DNA of 63,757 nt, the filler included, from Octopus bimaculoides (taxonomy: Eukaryota), in the NCBI RefSeq assembly GCF_001194135.2. It is 5 parts of 5 records of this genome, joined end to end, with 100 filler letters (N's around TTAATTAATTAA, not from the genome) between each part and the next. Parts side by side here need not be neighbours in the genome. Positions count along the whole stretch, not along the records: positions 61,220 to 62,648 come from NW_026406251.1; positions 62,749 to 63,757 come from NW_026417050.1; 3 more parts are not named here. One strand, given 5' to 3'. The notes under the pieces were generated by a model. The model ran no database searches. It was not told where the DNA came from and saw only the letters and a program-made list of their open reading frames with translations. The position numbers and the translations under genes were made by a program. Positions 61,604-63,757 of the stretch are shown piece by piece. Numbering within the stretch: the first letter of the stretch is position 1; each line of letters begins with the position of its first letter.

Positions 61604-62218
61604 ACAACTAATGAAATAAAATTGAATAAAATTTTGCAGATTCTAAATTTCTGCTGTTGAAAACCTAAAAATCTTAAGACATTTTGTTTTCTTGTTTCCT
61701 GTTTTTAAACTACAAAAGTCACCATGAATAGGAATTAAAAACCCATGTTCAAAGAAATAAATTCATTTTTGTCTCTTTTGCCAGTCTTGTTCTTTTCGAG
61801 CAATGATCCTTTCTGAAGGAAGAATAAATGGTATGCCTGCACATGTGTAGGCATACCATCTATACGATGGTATACCTACACGGTGTTGTTTCGTCGTAGC
61901 TTTCAGAAAAATGGATAGTTTTTTTAATTAAGCTTTCTATGAATACTTTTCAGATGGTGTAGATTCCAAATATATCGGAAATTATTGTAAAAAAGTCTTT
62001 TGGAAGGTAGGAGTTTGTTTCCTCCTAACTTTCAGAAAATGGCTACTTGTGAAAGAAATTTTCTACAAATATTTTACAGATGACATAAATTACGATTATA
62101 ACGGAATTTCATTGGCATTGAACTTGAAACCACTTGACTGGAAGGCGAGCTTCTTAACAGCACAGCTATATCCGGACCTATACAAACATATATACATATA
62201 TGCATACATATACACATG

Positions 62219-62445
62219 CAGGTTTATACCTGTAATTATTGGGGCCTGGGATATGTAACACACTACTTTAACACCAATCATGAAAAATTAGGCATCTCAA
62301 AACCAGAAATGAGAACGTTAATTCGAAGACTACAGATCTAGTCCATCATTGGAACTGTAAAAATCTGTAAAACTTTCCAGAAGTTTATCATTGAAATATA
62401 TATGAGCATGTCTAGATATGTAACTATATTTATGAGAATACATGC
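62219..62445 (+). mobile_element. 3' end of the same RLE-type LINE family as 49921-50092
   Basis: RFIPVIIG (frameshift) LGYVTHYFNTNHEKLGISKPEMRTLIRRLQI*SIIGTVKICKTFQKFII, followed by (CATA)n. Confidence 0.7.
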
Positions 62446-62526
62446 ATAAGACATACATGCACGCATACATACATTCATACATGCACACATACATACATAC
62501 ATACATACATACATACATACGTACAT

Positions 62527-62561
<35 letters not shown>

Positions 62562-62922
62562 TACATACATCCTTAAACGCACATGCATACGTAAATATGC
62601 ATACACATACGAACATACATACATGATGGCAGGCATACACGCATACGTNNNNNNNNNNNNNNNNNNNNNNNNNNNNNNNNNNNNNNNNNNNNTTAATTAA
62701 TTAANNNNNNNNNNNNNNNNNNNNNNNNNNNNNNNNNNNNNNNNNNNNGCAGGGTATAGTTAGTTATCCCTAGCGAAAAGCGGTGTCCTAGTACTAGGTT
62801 TTTTCTTATATTAGAAATATGTATGTAGATAACAGAATTACATATGCCATAACCTAGCATAAGAATAGTGGTTAACTTAAATATGTATTATTTAAAACAT
62901 GCGCGGTATCTAGAGCTGAGTT

Positions 62923-63756
62923 CTACTTGAATTTAGAGAAAGTACATCCAATTCTGTGAAGGCATGAAACGTTTCTTTCCTTCAAACTATTAATAATCGG
63001 GATTTTGGTCCTAATTAGGAAAAAGATTTCATTTATGCATAATAAACATTTCCTATTTTTGTTATTATATGCAGGTGCGGATGCTAATATTTTCCAGTGC
63101 AGGTTAAAGTTGATGCCCTTATCCTTTAGTTCACATATGTAGCTACTTAATACAGTAGAATTCCTTCTGTTCCCGTTCCTAAACGTGTAGTTGTGATAAT
63201 TAAACCTTTGTTTCATACTATTTTTAGTCGCACCCACGTATGCCCTGTTTTCATACTTTGTGTTTACCACACATTGGTATACCACTTCCCTTCTCATGCA
63301 GCTATTTCCGAACACGCAGCATTCCTTTACTCTACAATTGCAGGTTCTACCTAGGTTCCCATAGTTAGTTTGATTAGTGTTAGGATTTGTTATGCTACTG
63401 CCATTTATTGCGCTTCCATTTAACCCCAGGGCCCTGTTATTCCCACTACTATTGTTGTTAGCAGTGTTAGGATTCTTACCTCCGCTATATCTAATACTTC
63501 TATTGTTACTTGTGATATTCATATTATCATTACTGCTCCTATCATCTGTGTTGATGTCAATGTTTCCAGTGTGGATATTATTATCCACATTGTTATCGTC
63601 CTGATTATCCGTCCTATGGCTAACACAGTTACCATATAAAGTTGTGTTGTCTATGCCATTTTTCCTACTTGTATAGAAGCTATCTAACTTATTATTATTA
63701 ATTGAGAAGATTATTGCAGCCAGGTTGTGTGTTAAGCTATATCCTATTCTTATTGT
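62923..63756 (-). mobile_element. Penelope-like element ORF 3' part (RT thumb end, Asn-rich linker, Cys motif, GIY-YIG endonuclease), open to the window edge
   Basis: The frame is open from 63756 (TIRIGYSLTHNLAAII) through CNCRVKECCVFGNSC, VVYQCVV, YVGATKNSMKQRFNYH, LHWKIL, CLLCINE and SCLHR to the stop at 62923. Confidence 0.92.
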
Positions 63757-63757
63757 C

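Noticed and set aside
62750-62800. Palindrome cctagtactagg and possible plus-strand Helitron end
   Set aside because: The hairpin is weak, CTAG is followed by G rather than T, and the context is cut by a gap.

Overview
This is AT-rich eukaryotic DNA saturated with microsatellites and broken by about 14 N-gaps. The repeat repertoire points to a coleoid cephalopod, probably Octopus (inference; no database search was possible). Most long ORFs in the supplied track are microsatellite or N artefacts. Recognisable coding sequence is almost all transposon-derived: a CR1-group LINE 3' end abutting a mariner transposase 5' fragment (2.1-3.25 kb), two Penelope-like GIY-YIG elements (7.7-8.2 kb decayed; 62.9-63.76 kb open to the window edge), an RTE LINE 3' end nested in a SINE (21.3-22.9 kb), Tc1 (44.65-45.77 kb) and mariner (47.2-47.8 kb) fossils, a Helitron helicase 3' end (53.4-54.05 kb), and two 3' ends of a restriction-like-endonuclease LINE. 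At least four tRNA-headed SINE families occur (called A-D here), in more than 30 copies or fragments. No host gene can be named. However, a sharply CpG-depleted domain at about 15.8-26 kb holds well-formed plus-strand exons (16800-16916, 19626-19765) and has promoter-like CpG-richer flanks, suggesting a methylated gene body. The most interesting observations are a tRNA-headed SINE carrying a Penelope-type hammerhead ribozyme core (26.92-27.17 kb, minus strand) and a SINE/LINE pair sharing a 3' stem-loop tail with a compensatory change. Repeat boundaries were read by eye and are approximate.
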